A stretch of DNA of 64,000 bases from Chara braunii (taxonomy: Eukaryota > Plantae > Charophyceae): positions 5,201,209 to 5,265,208 of the forward strand of contig BFEA01000008.1 in assembly GCA_003427395.1 (NCBI GenBank). The letters are read 5' to 3'. A program made the position numbers and the translations under genes. A model generated the notes under the pieces. It saw only the letters and a program-made list of their open reading frames with translations, made no database searches and had not been told where the DNA came from. Position 1 is the first letter of the stretch. Every line of letters begins with the position of its first letter. This document shows, in pieces, positions 24,311 through 36,172 of the stretch.

Positions 24311-24870
24311 CTTGGATTTGTATAAATCTTGGCAAGCTACTTTTCCTACGGGAAGCGCTGCCGAAATTTCTACAAATCCAAAAAGTTAGTCAACTTTTGA
24401 CTTGTCAAAGTTCAACATGTCTTTTCCATATATCTAGCTTAGTATAAATCTGGAAAGTCTTCTTTTCTAAAGGGAGTGCTGCCCAATTTTTTACTAAATC
24501 AGGGAGTTAGGCAAAATTGGACTTTGATAAGTCAAAGTTATTCTCAAATTTTGGACCTCGCTTTGTATAAATTTTGGGAAAACATTTTTCTAGAAGGAGT
24601 GCTGTCGAAATTTCTGCAAAGCTGAGGAGTTAGTTAAAAATCGTGTCTAAGTTAAACTCAAGTTGTCTTGTGAGTGTAAATCTGACTTAGTATAAATCTG
24701 GGAAGTCTCCCTTTCTAAAGGGAGTACTGCCAAAATTTCTACTAATTCAGAGAGTTAGACAGAATTTGACTTTCCAGAGTTAGAGATTATTTCTGTGTTC
24801 ATATTTGAGCTTATATATATTTTGGAAAGACACTTTTCCTACGGAAAGCGCTGCCGAAATTTTCTTAATT
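24311..24870 (+). repeat. Array of 5 units with a period of about 123 bp, each a hairpin of about 70 nt
   Basis: gtataaat...ggaagcgctgccgaaatttctac is repeated, and the basal stems co-vary. Confidence 0.85.
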
Positions 24871-26688
24871 TAGAGGAGATAGACTATATTTTAACAGGTG
24901 GCGATCCAGGCGATCCGCCCTGAATAGGGGAGATTCTGCAGTTAGTCTACCTTTGGCTTAAGCATTGGCTTAGAGGTAGACTTAGGCTTAGCTTATAGGG
25001 AGATTTTGAGTGAGTATGTATTATGGAGTTGTATTTTTCATACACTAATGATCTTAGCTTGGGGGTTGGTCTGCCGTGTGTTACATGTCTTTTTTATCAT
25101 TTGATTCAAGTTCAGGGCTAGATCCAGCTTCATCCCTTGAGGATCACTTTCTGTTATCATTGATAACAGGTCGGTTGCCGATTTGTCGGTTGCCGATTTG
25201 TCGGTTTACGACTCAATTTCAACTCACCCTTCACACTCAACCTAAAAGGCTTCAGCCCTGGTGAATTTTATTGTTTCATTATGGTTTCACCCGGACTTTT
25301 ATTGAATGGTCATTTAACAAAGGTACTGAGTATTTAATTAAGGTTGGTTGGACAAGAGGTTTTGGGGCTAGCATGACTAAAGCAAGGGGTATGAGTGTCG
25401 AAGGTGGTTGGGGTTGACTCCGTGGAGTGTGTGGGCTGTTGATTTGGTTCGTTGATGTGATTGCAGGTATGTGATGTGAATCAGATTCTGAATTTGGTTG
25501 CCTAAGATCACATATATACGTACTATTGTGAGAGACCCCAGTGAGACCGTGAGAAGTGATCATCACATACTTAACCCTTATATATGTATACATTGGTATA
25601 CTTGGGATGAATGTTTACATGGGTTAAAGAGCCCCCATACTAAAGTCCTACTCAGAAGCTGAGACTGAGGGGCTTAGGGGAGGCCTCTCCGTCTATTTTT
25701 ATTCTTGCTTTTTGATTATTTTTCTTAGTCGGATGTTTGGTCCTGGGCTGGGATTCGAGGTCCTTGTCAAGGACACCCCAAGCCCTAGGCTCTGCAGGGG
25801 AGGGGTTTTCCCTCGCGCAGAGCGTATTTGATTTGCCTACCGAGACACTCAGGTCGAGAGCCGGAGGTGTCGTGGCGGCTGCACAGCTATTCCTTCAGCC
25901 GTGCAATGTTGTGAAGGGTTAGGCCCTCACGACACTTCGAGTCTGACACTTGAGTGTCGTAAGCGGTACTCGGATCCACGAGGGACCGCTTGATTATGGG
26001 CACTCCATAGTACGCCATCATTGCGACTGTTTGCGTACGCCTGCATTGCAAGTCGATATGAGTAGGCTCTGCGTCCGTGCGGTTTTATACTAAGTCTCGC
26101 GCGCAACGCTTACCTGATTTCCTCGTCGGAAAGTTATGGGTCGGCTACCGAGGGGCTAGGAGCGTTGTCGCGTTGTTTGTGTTGTGCCGTTTCGTTTATG
26201 TGTTATTTTGTGTGTATGTGTGTTTGTAAAGTGGAGTGCACGTGGTGTGTGGGATGCGTCCTAGTCGACCGGCGACGAACCACGCTGGGGACCTCAGCTC
26301 CCCAAGATGTAGGTTCGTGTGCGGGTCCGATAGAGGCGTATTACCGCGCGTACCCCCTATGCTACAGCGAATGAGAAACGTCCTCGGCTGGTCCACCTCT
26401 GCGATTGCAACTGATTAGCTTTCGTACTATGGACTGGTAGCTCGGCGGGGATACGCCCACCGAAGGGAGGTGACAGCTCTTGTAAGGTGTAGGTAAGTCG
26501 TGCCTCGCGTAGGCCCTATCCTGTCATAGGGGCTCGCGAGAGGTATGGCTGGCACATTCGACCGGAGCGGCTTAAGGAAGCTCCACATGTATTATTTGCG
26601 ACGAAGGATTTAAACCGACTCCTGCGTGACGCGGCCGGGAGGGTCCTGCGCTGCCCTGGTGCGGTGCCGGACCGATGCGCTCAACAGG

Positions 26689-26706
26689 TGGCGCCGTTGC
26701 CGGGGA
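26689..26706 (+). promoter_or_regulatory. Primer binding site (tRNA-Asp type)
   Basis: TGGCGCCGTTGCCGGGGA lies two nt after an LTR end in CA. Confidence 0.88.
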
Positions 26707-27005
26707 TAACGGAAAGTCTGCCGTTGTCCCTGGTGGAACGACATCCGGGTATGAGAAGTAAATGATAAAAGGCACAAAGGAAGGACGAGAAAGTGACGAG
26801 AGATAATGAATGACTAAGTATAGGTGAGGAAATTTACCTACCAGAGTAAGGGAAGGTATGAAGAACGAACGTGTAGCATTGGATAAAAGTAAGTACTAAG
26901 GGTTAGGTAGGACGGATGGAATAGACCGGTCAAGGTGTAATGCTGAATAAAGGGATATGCTTGTTTTTCTCTTATCAGGGAGCTTGAAGAGAAAGGTCTG
27001 TCAAG

Positions 27006-27158
27006 ATGTCGCAGGGCGGCGGCGCATCGGGTGGTCCCAAGAAGGGCCTGACGCTCGATGACCTCATTGCGATCATTAACCGGCATGAAAGGAACCCGAG
27101 CAATATCCCTAAAGTCGATACCTTTCACTTTTGTGGGAAGAGGGTTTCAGAATGGTTG
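27006..27158 (+). pseudogene. Truncated gag-like N-terminus
   Basis: MSQGGG...LTLDDLIAIINRHERNPSNIPKVDTFHFCGKRVSEWL lies 300 bp after the PBS and is fused to the last 30 bp of the LTR. Confidence 0.6.
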
Positions 27159-28132
27159 GTGCGGTGCCGGACCGATGTGCTCGACAGCATACAGGTTCCC
27201 GTACAGATATTACCTATACGTTTCGTACGGAAAGGCCCCATACACTTACGTTCGGTAACGTAGGTCTGGTTTATAAAAAAAAAAAAAAAAAAAAACTCGC
27301 ATATATAAGAAAGATATCATTGTGTTTGAGATTTTTTTCTTTATTGTTTTTTGTTTGCCAAATAAGTTTTTATCACAGCCAAATGTATATGGTTACCCCT
27401 TATCCCACCTCACCTTACACTTTTCACCCCATTTTGATTATTGTCCTTGGCATGGGATTAGTAGTTTTGAACCCCTCTGAAAGGTAACATATAGCCAAAC
27501 CATGTGGTTTTACATGCCGGTTTCACTGCTTCTAACACTTCAAATCATGCAAAACTTTATGGTTTGGTTATATATTACCTTCTACAGAGTACCAAAACTA
27601 CCAAACCCACGTGAGGGACAAGAAGCAAGATGTGGTCAAAATCGCAAGCTGAGGTTGGGCGGAGGGGAAACCATATACAATTGGTCATGACAAAAACTTA
27701 TTCGACAGACATAATAATAAAAAAATAATATCACACATAATGATATATTTTTCACACATGCAAATTCTTTTATTTTTTTCTATGAAACAAACATTAACTG
27801 AGTGAGAATACATGAATTTTTGTGCACTCCCCTCCCCCCTCCTTCCACACGCGCTGATACCAGCCACTTGTATAGGTGGTTCAAACCACCACCCATACTA
27901 AACCTCGATTTTCAAGCCAATACTTTTTATCATGGGTTTATATAATACTTCAATGAATTCATGACCTTCTAGTACGAAGGTCATGGTCTTCTAAGATTAT
28001 TAAATGCAATAGTGGTTTGGAATAGTGTGTTGCACCAGTTGTTAATGTTTTACTATGATTGTAAACCCTTATGAGCATTATGTTCGTGCTTAAAACATGT
28101 ACACTTATATAAAGAGCCAAATGTGTTATTTC

Positions 28133-28455
28133 CTAGGTTACCAATGGTCCGGAGACCGGACATCTCCCCCGGACGTCAGATACCCCCGTCGTCCAGATTT
28201 CCGGACGACGGATTCTTACCACAAAAAAAAAAAAAAAAAAACAGTGTTACCATGCCCTAGAGACCCCTTACAAAAATTTTCAGATTTTTTTTAGCATTTG
28301 GTGATAGTGTGGTATTTGGGGGGGGGGGGGGGGGGNNNNNNNNNNNNNNNNNNNNNNNNNNNNNNNNNNNNNNNNNNNNNNNNNNNNNNNNNNNNNNNNN
28401 NNNNNNNNNNNNNNNNNNNNNNNNNNNNNNNNNNNNNNNNNNNNNNNNNNNNNNN

Positions 28456-28501
<46 letters not shown>

Positions 28502-28586
28502 GCTAAGTCGGACATACCCGGTCCGGTCCGACGTCGGTCATCCTGGACGGTTAGGGGGGTCCCGGATGTCCGATCCAACAACCTAG
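28133..28586. mobile_element. hAT-like MITE (contains an assembly gap)
   Basis: TIR CTAGGTT/AACCTAG, 8-bp TSD GTTATTTC at 28125-28132 and 28587-28594, and subterminal CCGGAC motifs. Confidence 0.7.
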
Positions 28587-28654
28587 GTTATTTCCTAACT
28601 TATTAATAACATTAGTACAACAATGTAGATTGAAAATGTCAATACTAGTAAATA

Positions 28655-28995
28655 AGGCAGGCAAGTGGCATTCAAGAGGTCTTGGGTTCAATCCCCATTG
28701 GCCTCATGCACCTTCCTGGGCAAGCTTGGCGCCCGCCACCTAGAGATATATCATTGGTCCCCCCGAGTGGCATTGAGCAGAGACTGCTAATGTTCATAGG
28801 GGGAGGGGACCGAAGAGGAGGCATAGTGACCGGCCCATTGAAGAAGCTCGGTCCTGATGCCAACCACTAACACCTGGCCAGTATCGTCCACCAGTTGTAG
28901 CAGGTACCGCACCTGCTGGTGGGAGCAGCTCCTGCATATTCCCTAGTTGGAGGCTTGAGCACGGATGAGGCTGCTACGGGGTTTCTCGTAATACT
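28655..28995 (+). mobile_element. Possible tRNA-derived SINE
   Basis: B-box-like gaggtcttgggttcaatcccc starts a GC-rich island in AT-rich DNA. No clear A box or TSD. Confidence 0.35.
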
Positions 28996-31598
28996 ATAAT
29001 GACAGTAAAAAAGGTATGAAAGGCTGTCCTGTCCAGATTCGACAGGTAATTCAATTGGTTGGGCTTAAAGAATTAGCCTTCGAAAAAATAAAATAAAATA
29101 AATATCAATATTCATAAAGGTATATCATAATATGACAATTAAAGTCTATGTTCAAAAGTTTATATAAAACGATATGATTCTCTTATGTTCATGTACTCTA
29201 ATCCGTAGGCTTCAATGCTGCTTTTCAGTACATCTTATAAAAAACAACACTTATCCATTTTTCATTACTTCTTATGTTTTATTATATTCGAATAGTTACC
29301 AAATAATTTATCAGTATCGAATTTATCATAAATTAATATAAATAATATATACAAGTTTATTTTATCAATTACATTCATATATTATTAAAATATGATATTT
29401 GTTTGATAATCAAAAGGTTAATTGTTTTCACAGCTATAAGTTAATGAGTACGTAATTTTTGATTAAATAAATAAAATAATATGTATTTTGCAATAAAAAC
29501 AAGCACTAGCGAAATAGCAGAATTCAATATTACAAAATCACAGTCAACAATTGTCCAGAAAGCATAAATGCATTGATGTAACACCGAAAGAAAACGAAAG
29601 TTGCGAACTCAATTGTTAATGAAAGCATACTCTTACCACCACCAACAATGCAATCGAAGTTTTTCCCCCTATTAACGCTCAACGTCCAGATTACAATCCT
29701 ACAACTACTCTACTAGCCTGCAAAGTGATGAAACAACCAATTTAAGTCGACAGCAACAACAAAAGTACACGCAAATGTCAAACATGCAGACTTCCTCCAA
29801 TACAAGGGACGTGCCCTCACATAATATCTCATTTCTCCCTTCTCTTTCTTACCCTCGTCTTCTTCTCCCATGCCCACCTCCTTTCGAGGATCACTATTAA
29901 GACCCCACCAGCTTACTTTCAAGCCCAAGCCCGACATTGAGGGTAGGGCTATAGCGTTGCCTACTTGTTGCACCCTCTCTCTCTCTCCAGAGCCTATGAA
30001 CGCTATCCCACACCTAGCACCACCGATCGCTAGCGATTGCTCAAATGACGCTGGCGTCTTACACCCAAGTGCCCGAATGCCTCATCGACTAGTTCCAAAA
30101 ATAGGAAGTGCTCGCCCTCTTTGCTGCTGGTCTCAGCCGCGTGTGTGCCCTCTAGCTTCGAGTTGGGCCAAAGTGTCTGAGCCCAAACCCTTCATACAAT
30201 CCCCACCGCAATGTGAGGAGACCCCTTCTCCCCTGCGTTACTAGAAGAGCCTATAAAACTCACAAATATTTTTGATTCTCAAGAGAAGGGCGGATGTAAC
30301 CAACCGGCGGGTAGTATCTGTCTGAAGGCCGCCAAGACTTGCAAAATTAACAAATTCAGGCATCGTTAAGATTCAATGGCCCGCCTTCGCTTAGGGTTGG
30401 CACATGCTTTCTTATAGGGGTCATATACAGGTATGTCGAAAGTTCAAATCCTCACACTCCCTCCTCCTTTACTTCAATAGTCCCCATAGAAGTCTTAAAT
30501 CAGCAGGGTGCTTTCCTTTCAACCTTCTCTCATATCCAAGAATAACCTACGGAGCAATCTTCATTAGCTCTTCTCTTGTGAACCACCGGTCTTCTTTAGG
30601 ATCAAAATGATGTCTGAACCGCACTCTGTACTGCATCAGGGTGTCCCTTGCCTGGAGGCTTGGGCACAAACATCAAGTTGTGCTCAACTATATCATCCAT
30701 GTCCACGTGCCCGTCCATGGTTGTGAGCAACATTGATGTCCTTGACGCCCTTGCACTGGCCAACATCGTTCTAGCATCGACCATCCATAAACCAGTTGAG
30801 TATAACGACGTCAATGCGGCTACGGATGAACTACTACTCAACACCGCCGGGGTCACCTAGGTTCTAGTTCATTTGATGGTAGGAGTATTCATGAGACTGG
30901 TCATGATTAACGACATCAATGAGGGCTTCAATGTGGCTTCTGATGAACTACTAAACCCCGCCTCCACTCTTACAAAGACATAGACCAGTCGTGATTAACA
31001 CACCCAAGACCACCCATCTATCTCGTTCTCCACACTCCAGCAAGACTTACTGTAACCGAGTCACCATCTATGTTGTTGCTACGCCCTCATTCCATCCTAT
31101 CAGCAAGACGAGTGTCATCCCACCATCAACTTACCCCACTCATGCGACACTCATCCCTACATATACGCCCCCGACACAGAGGAGTAAGCTGGAATCAAAT
31201 CCCCCCGACATGCTTTTCCACAACCAGCATGCTGGAGATCCCAAAAAACATAAGCACCCAAAAAAACTAAAAGTTCAAACATATACCAGAGCCACCTAGT
31301 CATCACCCTCTAGCTCCATAGCAAAACATCAACCTCTCTCACTGTGGAAGTAGACAACCTTCTGCCACCATTTGCATCCGCCAGGGGTTACCAACCCTAG
31401 CCCGATAGGAAATCAAACCTTAATTCCGCCATTACCCCGCCAGAAGCAAGCACTTCCCTGCATGATACCACCTTTGCTGGGCAAGGCTTCCTCCCCATAT
31501 ATGTGACAAAAGATCGATGGTGCGTGATGATGACTCTTGCAGAGTAGCCACTGAAGATCGCCTCCTTCATCATAGGATAAATATCCCCCCGTCCGTAC

Positions 31599-32568
31599 TG
31601 CAATCAGACTCGGTTTTTCTTCTTCTCTCACACATGCAAACAGATGGCAACTCACACTGGTGCCAAGCGCTCACTCAAAGCTCAGAGGTATGGAAACCGA
31701 GAACACAGTTCAGATGCAAACTCGCTTCAACAGGCTTATGGCGCATCAGCGCCTCTACATCCCAACTCTCGTCACTGTGTCCAACACCACTGTTCGCACA
31801 CACTCAACTCTGGATCACTTGGAATACCCCACACTCGTTCACTGTATCACACACGCGTACACACACTAACACCTAACGCTAGCTATGGCGGCTATGGCCG
31901 CCAACTACTACTAACTATGGCGCACTACTTCTTCAAGCCCACTTCGACCTCGGGCAACCGCAGGCCACCTCGCACAAGACGCTCGGGCAATGCTTCCGCA
32001 TGGCTTACGCGGGAATGAATGAATGGTTGGAAGCTGCCTCTTGATTTCTACTTTTGTAAGTCGTTGGTCTGCCCGTTTCCATCAGGCCCGTGGTGCACAC
32101 AATCCCTCATGGTACTTGTTGACTGTACAAAGTGAGACTGGGACTGGGTACCGCTGACTAAGTGAAATTGGACCCACCACTAGCCCACTGGCCTCTGGTC
32201 TGCTATGTCTAACGTGAGAAGACACTTGAAAGGCCACTTCTGGACCTTCCGAAAGTTTGTGGACTTGGCCTTTCAAGACTGTAGCAGCTACGACCTTGAC
32301 CTTTCAGGACTGTAGCAGCTACGAACTTAACCTTTCAGAACTACTACAACTATGACCCTTATGCAGTTATGACCCCTACTTCGAAATGTCTAAGGTTCAA
32401 AACTCGCCAACTACTCAGCCCTATGACAGACAACTTCCAACTACTAACACAAAGGTCATAGGTTCAAGGCACACAGGGTCGACTTGATACTGTACATAAG
32501 TAAGGTAAGGTGAGGTCTGGGGATCGAGCCCTGGGGTCTGCATCTGTGTCTAGGTGAAAACCGTTTCA
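31599..32568 (-). repeat. 3' LTR
   Basis: TG...CA termini and a direct repeat of 39587-40522. Preceded on the minus strand by the purine tract agagggag (32569-32576). Confidence 0.93.
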
Positions 32569-32687
32569 CTCCCTCTGGCCTAAATTTGAGGCCCTCCGAG
32601 AATACTTCAATCTAAAGCAGGACTTTTTGCTTTCTTATCTCTTTCGTATGCTCGAACTACTTCGGGAGTTGTCTCTCGAAGTTTTCT

Positions 32688-35600
32688 TCACGTAAACCAG
32701 TGGTCGTCCTCTGGTTCTTGAAAACCGAACCTCGCCTTATATTGTTTCTGTGGATGACCCCTACCTCCCGTTCTGAAGACATCTTCACCTACGATGGCGT
32801 CAATGTCGTACCTTTCGTCCATGTTCGGAGGGATCATGGACCTCCGTGATGGGAACTGTTGACTTGTCATACAAGGCAGCAACTTTGAAGCATGAAACAC
32901 CGGGTAGGTGTGAAGGTGCGCTGGAATTTCAACTGTGTAAAACGGTCCATCCTCTCCGCCTTTGACTTCGAATACCGGCCACGGTCCTCTATAGGCAGGC
33001 AATAACTTCTGCGAGATGTGCTCCTCAGGTGCAAACTCTTTAGACTTGACCCAAACTAAGTCGCCTACATGAAACTGTGATGGGCGACGGTGCTTGTTGG
33101 CTTGCTCTATCATTTGTTGGGCCTTGAGGTTCTATGTGATGGTAGCGGTCTCCTTTTCATAGTGTAGTGCAAATTCCCTAGTACTGAGGTTCTCTGTGAT
33201 GGTAGCAGTCTCCTTTGAATTTGATCCCGGTTCAATCCCGCAAACGGCCTACGCGGTCTAAAGGACTTATGTAACTCGTTGGGGGTGCGGCAAGTCGCTA
33301 AATGCACGCTATTATTGTATGCATTGGCTACCTTGGGAAGCATCGCTGATCGGGTCTAATATACATTCTAAGAACTTGTTGCAGAATTTTGTTCATATGT
33401 TCAGTCTAACCGTTGGTCTCAAGATGACGGTCAAACGGCATTAACAACCTAGAGCCATAGACTCTCATCAACTCCTGCCAGTTCTGACTAGTGAACCTGG
33501 TATCTCTGTCACTAACTATTGATAGCAGGAGACCATGCTCACTGACCAAATTATCACAGAACTTATCTATAACTAAGTGCGTATGTGCCTCTGCGAGCAA
33601 AGGAACATAAACTACGTATTTGCTGAATCGATCAACTATAATCATAATTTGCCTCTTGCCATGCCTACTCTTCACCCCAACATCCATGAAGTCAATGGAC
33701 ACAAAATCTCCGGGTCCTGTGGGAATAGGCAAGGGTCTGAGAAGACCAAGAGGGGCCCGCGTAGTGGTCTTATTCCGTTGGTAGACTTTGCAACTTCATA
33801 CATACTCTACGTAGTCGGCCTTCATACCTTGCCATGTATACGCGCGCATAAGGTTGGTTAATGTCTTTCGCCAACCAAAATGTCCCTCTATGTCGTGACA
33901 TTCCCCTAAGATCAGACTTCGGATCTCTTCACTATCGGGAATGCACAAACGGTCAGCTACGTTAGTCTTCTCAAATAATAACCCATTTATAGTGTGGTAA
34001 TCTAGCTCAGACTCTAGACACTCCCTAACTTTGTTGAGGAGATCACTATAAATAGGGTCCTGCGCATTTAACTTTCTGTTGGAGATCGCTCCCTATATCC
34101 ACATAGTGAACTATCGCTCCAAAGTAATCAGCTTTTCTACTTAAAGCGTCCGCAACTACATTTATACTTCCCTTTAACCGCTTTGAGCTCAAAGTCAAAT
34201 TGATCAATCTTTGTGGCCCACCTAACATCTTGGCCTATGTCTTCAGCCACCTCAATGTCTTGTGGTTTGAATACATTTTGAAGTGCCTCCCCAACAAATA
34301 ATGCTTCCAGTGATCTAAAGCTTGCCTGAGAGCGTAGAGTTCCCTCTCGTAGGTAGATGTTGGAACCTTCTCTAAAGGCATCCTAGCAGACATGAACTCT
34401 ACAGGTCTATAGCCATTGCCATCGTCTTGCTGTAGAACAACACCTATACCATACTGACTTTCGTAAGTGGTGACGACAAAAGGCAAGGATGGATTGGCTA
34501 CCTTGAGGGTTGAATTCTCTATCAAGGCCCACTTCAACTTTTTTAGGGTCGACGTACAATCTCTATCTCACTCCCAGATTGCTTTTTTCTTTAACAACTT
34601 GCAAAGGGGTGCAGCGATGGTAGAAAAGTTCCTCACGAACTTCCTGTAGTAATTTGTTAGACCTAGAAACGACCGCAACTCTTTCAACGTGCGGGGTGTT
34701 GGCCAATCTCTGATCGCTGCTATCTTGCTATCCTCAGGCTTTATGCCATCCCCATCTAAGACGTGGCCCAAATACAAACTTGCGTCTTGGCCCACTCGCA
34801 CCTCTTCGCACTAATCTTGAAGTTAGCTTCTCTTAGCTTCTCCAAGACCTGCCGCATATAACCCTCATGCTCCTGTAGGGTCTTACTAAAAACAAAAATA
34901 TCATCTAGGTATACTACCACGAATCTATCTAACCATGGCCTAAACAGATCATTCATACAACGCTGGAATGTAGTTGGTGCATTGGTTAGTCCAAAGGGCA
35001 TCACTATAAAGTTGTAATGCCCATATCGAGTCTAGAATGTTGTCTTATACTGATCATCAGAATGAGCCTCTATTTGATGATAGCCGGATTTCAAATATAT
35101 CTTTAAGAAATATTTGCAGCCCTACACCCGATTCAACAAATCATCTATACGGGGCAGCGGTTCTACATTCTTTATTGTGATAGCATTAAGACCCCTATAG
35201 TTGATATACATTCTAAGCTTTCCCTCCTTCTTGGGGACGAAAAAAACAGGTGCTCCGAATGGAGATGAACTGGACCTAATCCAACCCTTCTCGAGGAGCT
35301 CATCTAACTGTTCGCGCAGCTCCTCTAGGTCCCTTGGGGACATTCTGTAGATAGCTTCCTTAGGAGTCGTACTGCCAGACTCTATCTCAATACGATGATG
35401 GATAGGTTGCTGCAATACTTCTATAGGTGGCTTAGCTAACTTTGTATAATCCTCCAGCAGCTTGACGATAGTAGGACCTATAGGTTTCTCTTCCGTAGGC
35501 TTATTAACAGGCCTAAAATATGCTACAAAAACCTGTTTTTCTAACTGCTCCTTCACCAATCGCGCGAACGCAGGCGCACTAAGACAACAATGTGCCAGAG

Positions 35601-36144
35601 AGTTGTCTACTCCTGACACATGGAACAGACGAGCCGTCTTGACTTCGCCTGATGGACTAGGGAGCCTACACTCGTGCTCTCTCAAGTGGAGTGTGGTCGC
35701 TACTGCCTCTCCCCAGTCCATTCCTAAGACCGTGTCAAATAGGAGGTTGTCTTCTACGAGGAGAGTCATAGAATGAAAACTGTCCACCTTCCCATCCTTC
35801 ACTAGGCGATAGTACGCCTGGATTCCCTCTACGTAATCCTCGACTCACATCGTGCGATTGTCAGCTAGGATACTGACTATGCGATTTGCTAACTTATGGA
35901 CTTTCAAGTTCAGCTTCAGCTTCTGCAACGCTTTCACTAGGACTAGTTGTCCTTTCGCATTTTTCTTCATCTTGGCCCAGGCAAGCATTCTCTCCTTCAA
36001 CTCTTCTGCCACGTCTGTGAAGGTAGTGTCTAGAGAAACTCTAACACAAGCAGTCTCCGGACATCTAAACACCGACCAGCAACCTCTGCCATAGACACAT
36101 GTGGTTTTGAAGTTTTTCTCTGGTGCGCGCACTCTTCTCCACAT
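32688..36144 (-). pseudogene. pol remnants: protease C-terminal half, RT, RNase H, integrase, chromodomain
   Basis: FDTVLGMDW; [15 protein letters not shown]; MPFGLTNAPTTFQR and YLDD; ERELYAL; VSIDF and IVSDRDTRF; YRGPW; C-terminal YDIDAIV...QYKARF...DHW. Many stops and frameshifts. Confidence 0.93.
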
Positions 36145-36172
36145 GGTCTAGTGACAGGGGCAGTTGCAACCC

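Larger units (their letters stand above)
18081..27186 (+). mobile_element. Internally deleted LTR retrotransposon derivative: long non-coding LTR-like region, PBS, gag start and LTR tip
   Basis: TGTCGAGCGCATCGG at 18081 is the inverted complement of the LTR end ccgatgcgctcaaca at 26686. A PBS and a gag-like start follow. The left boundary is uncertain and no TSD was found. Confidence 0.55.
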
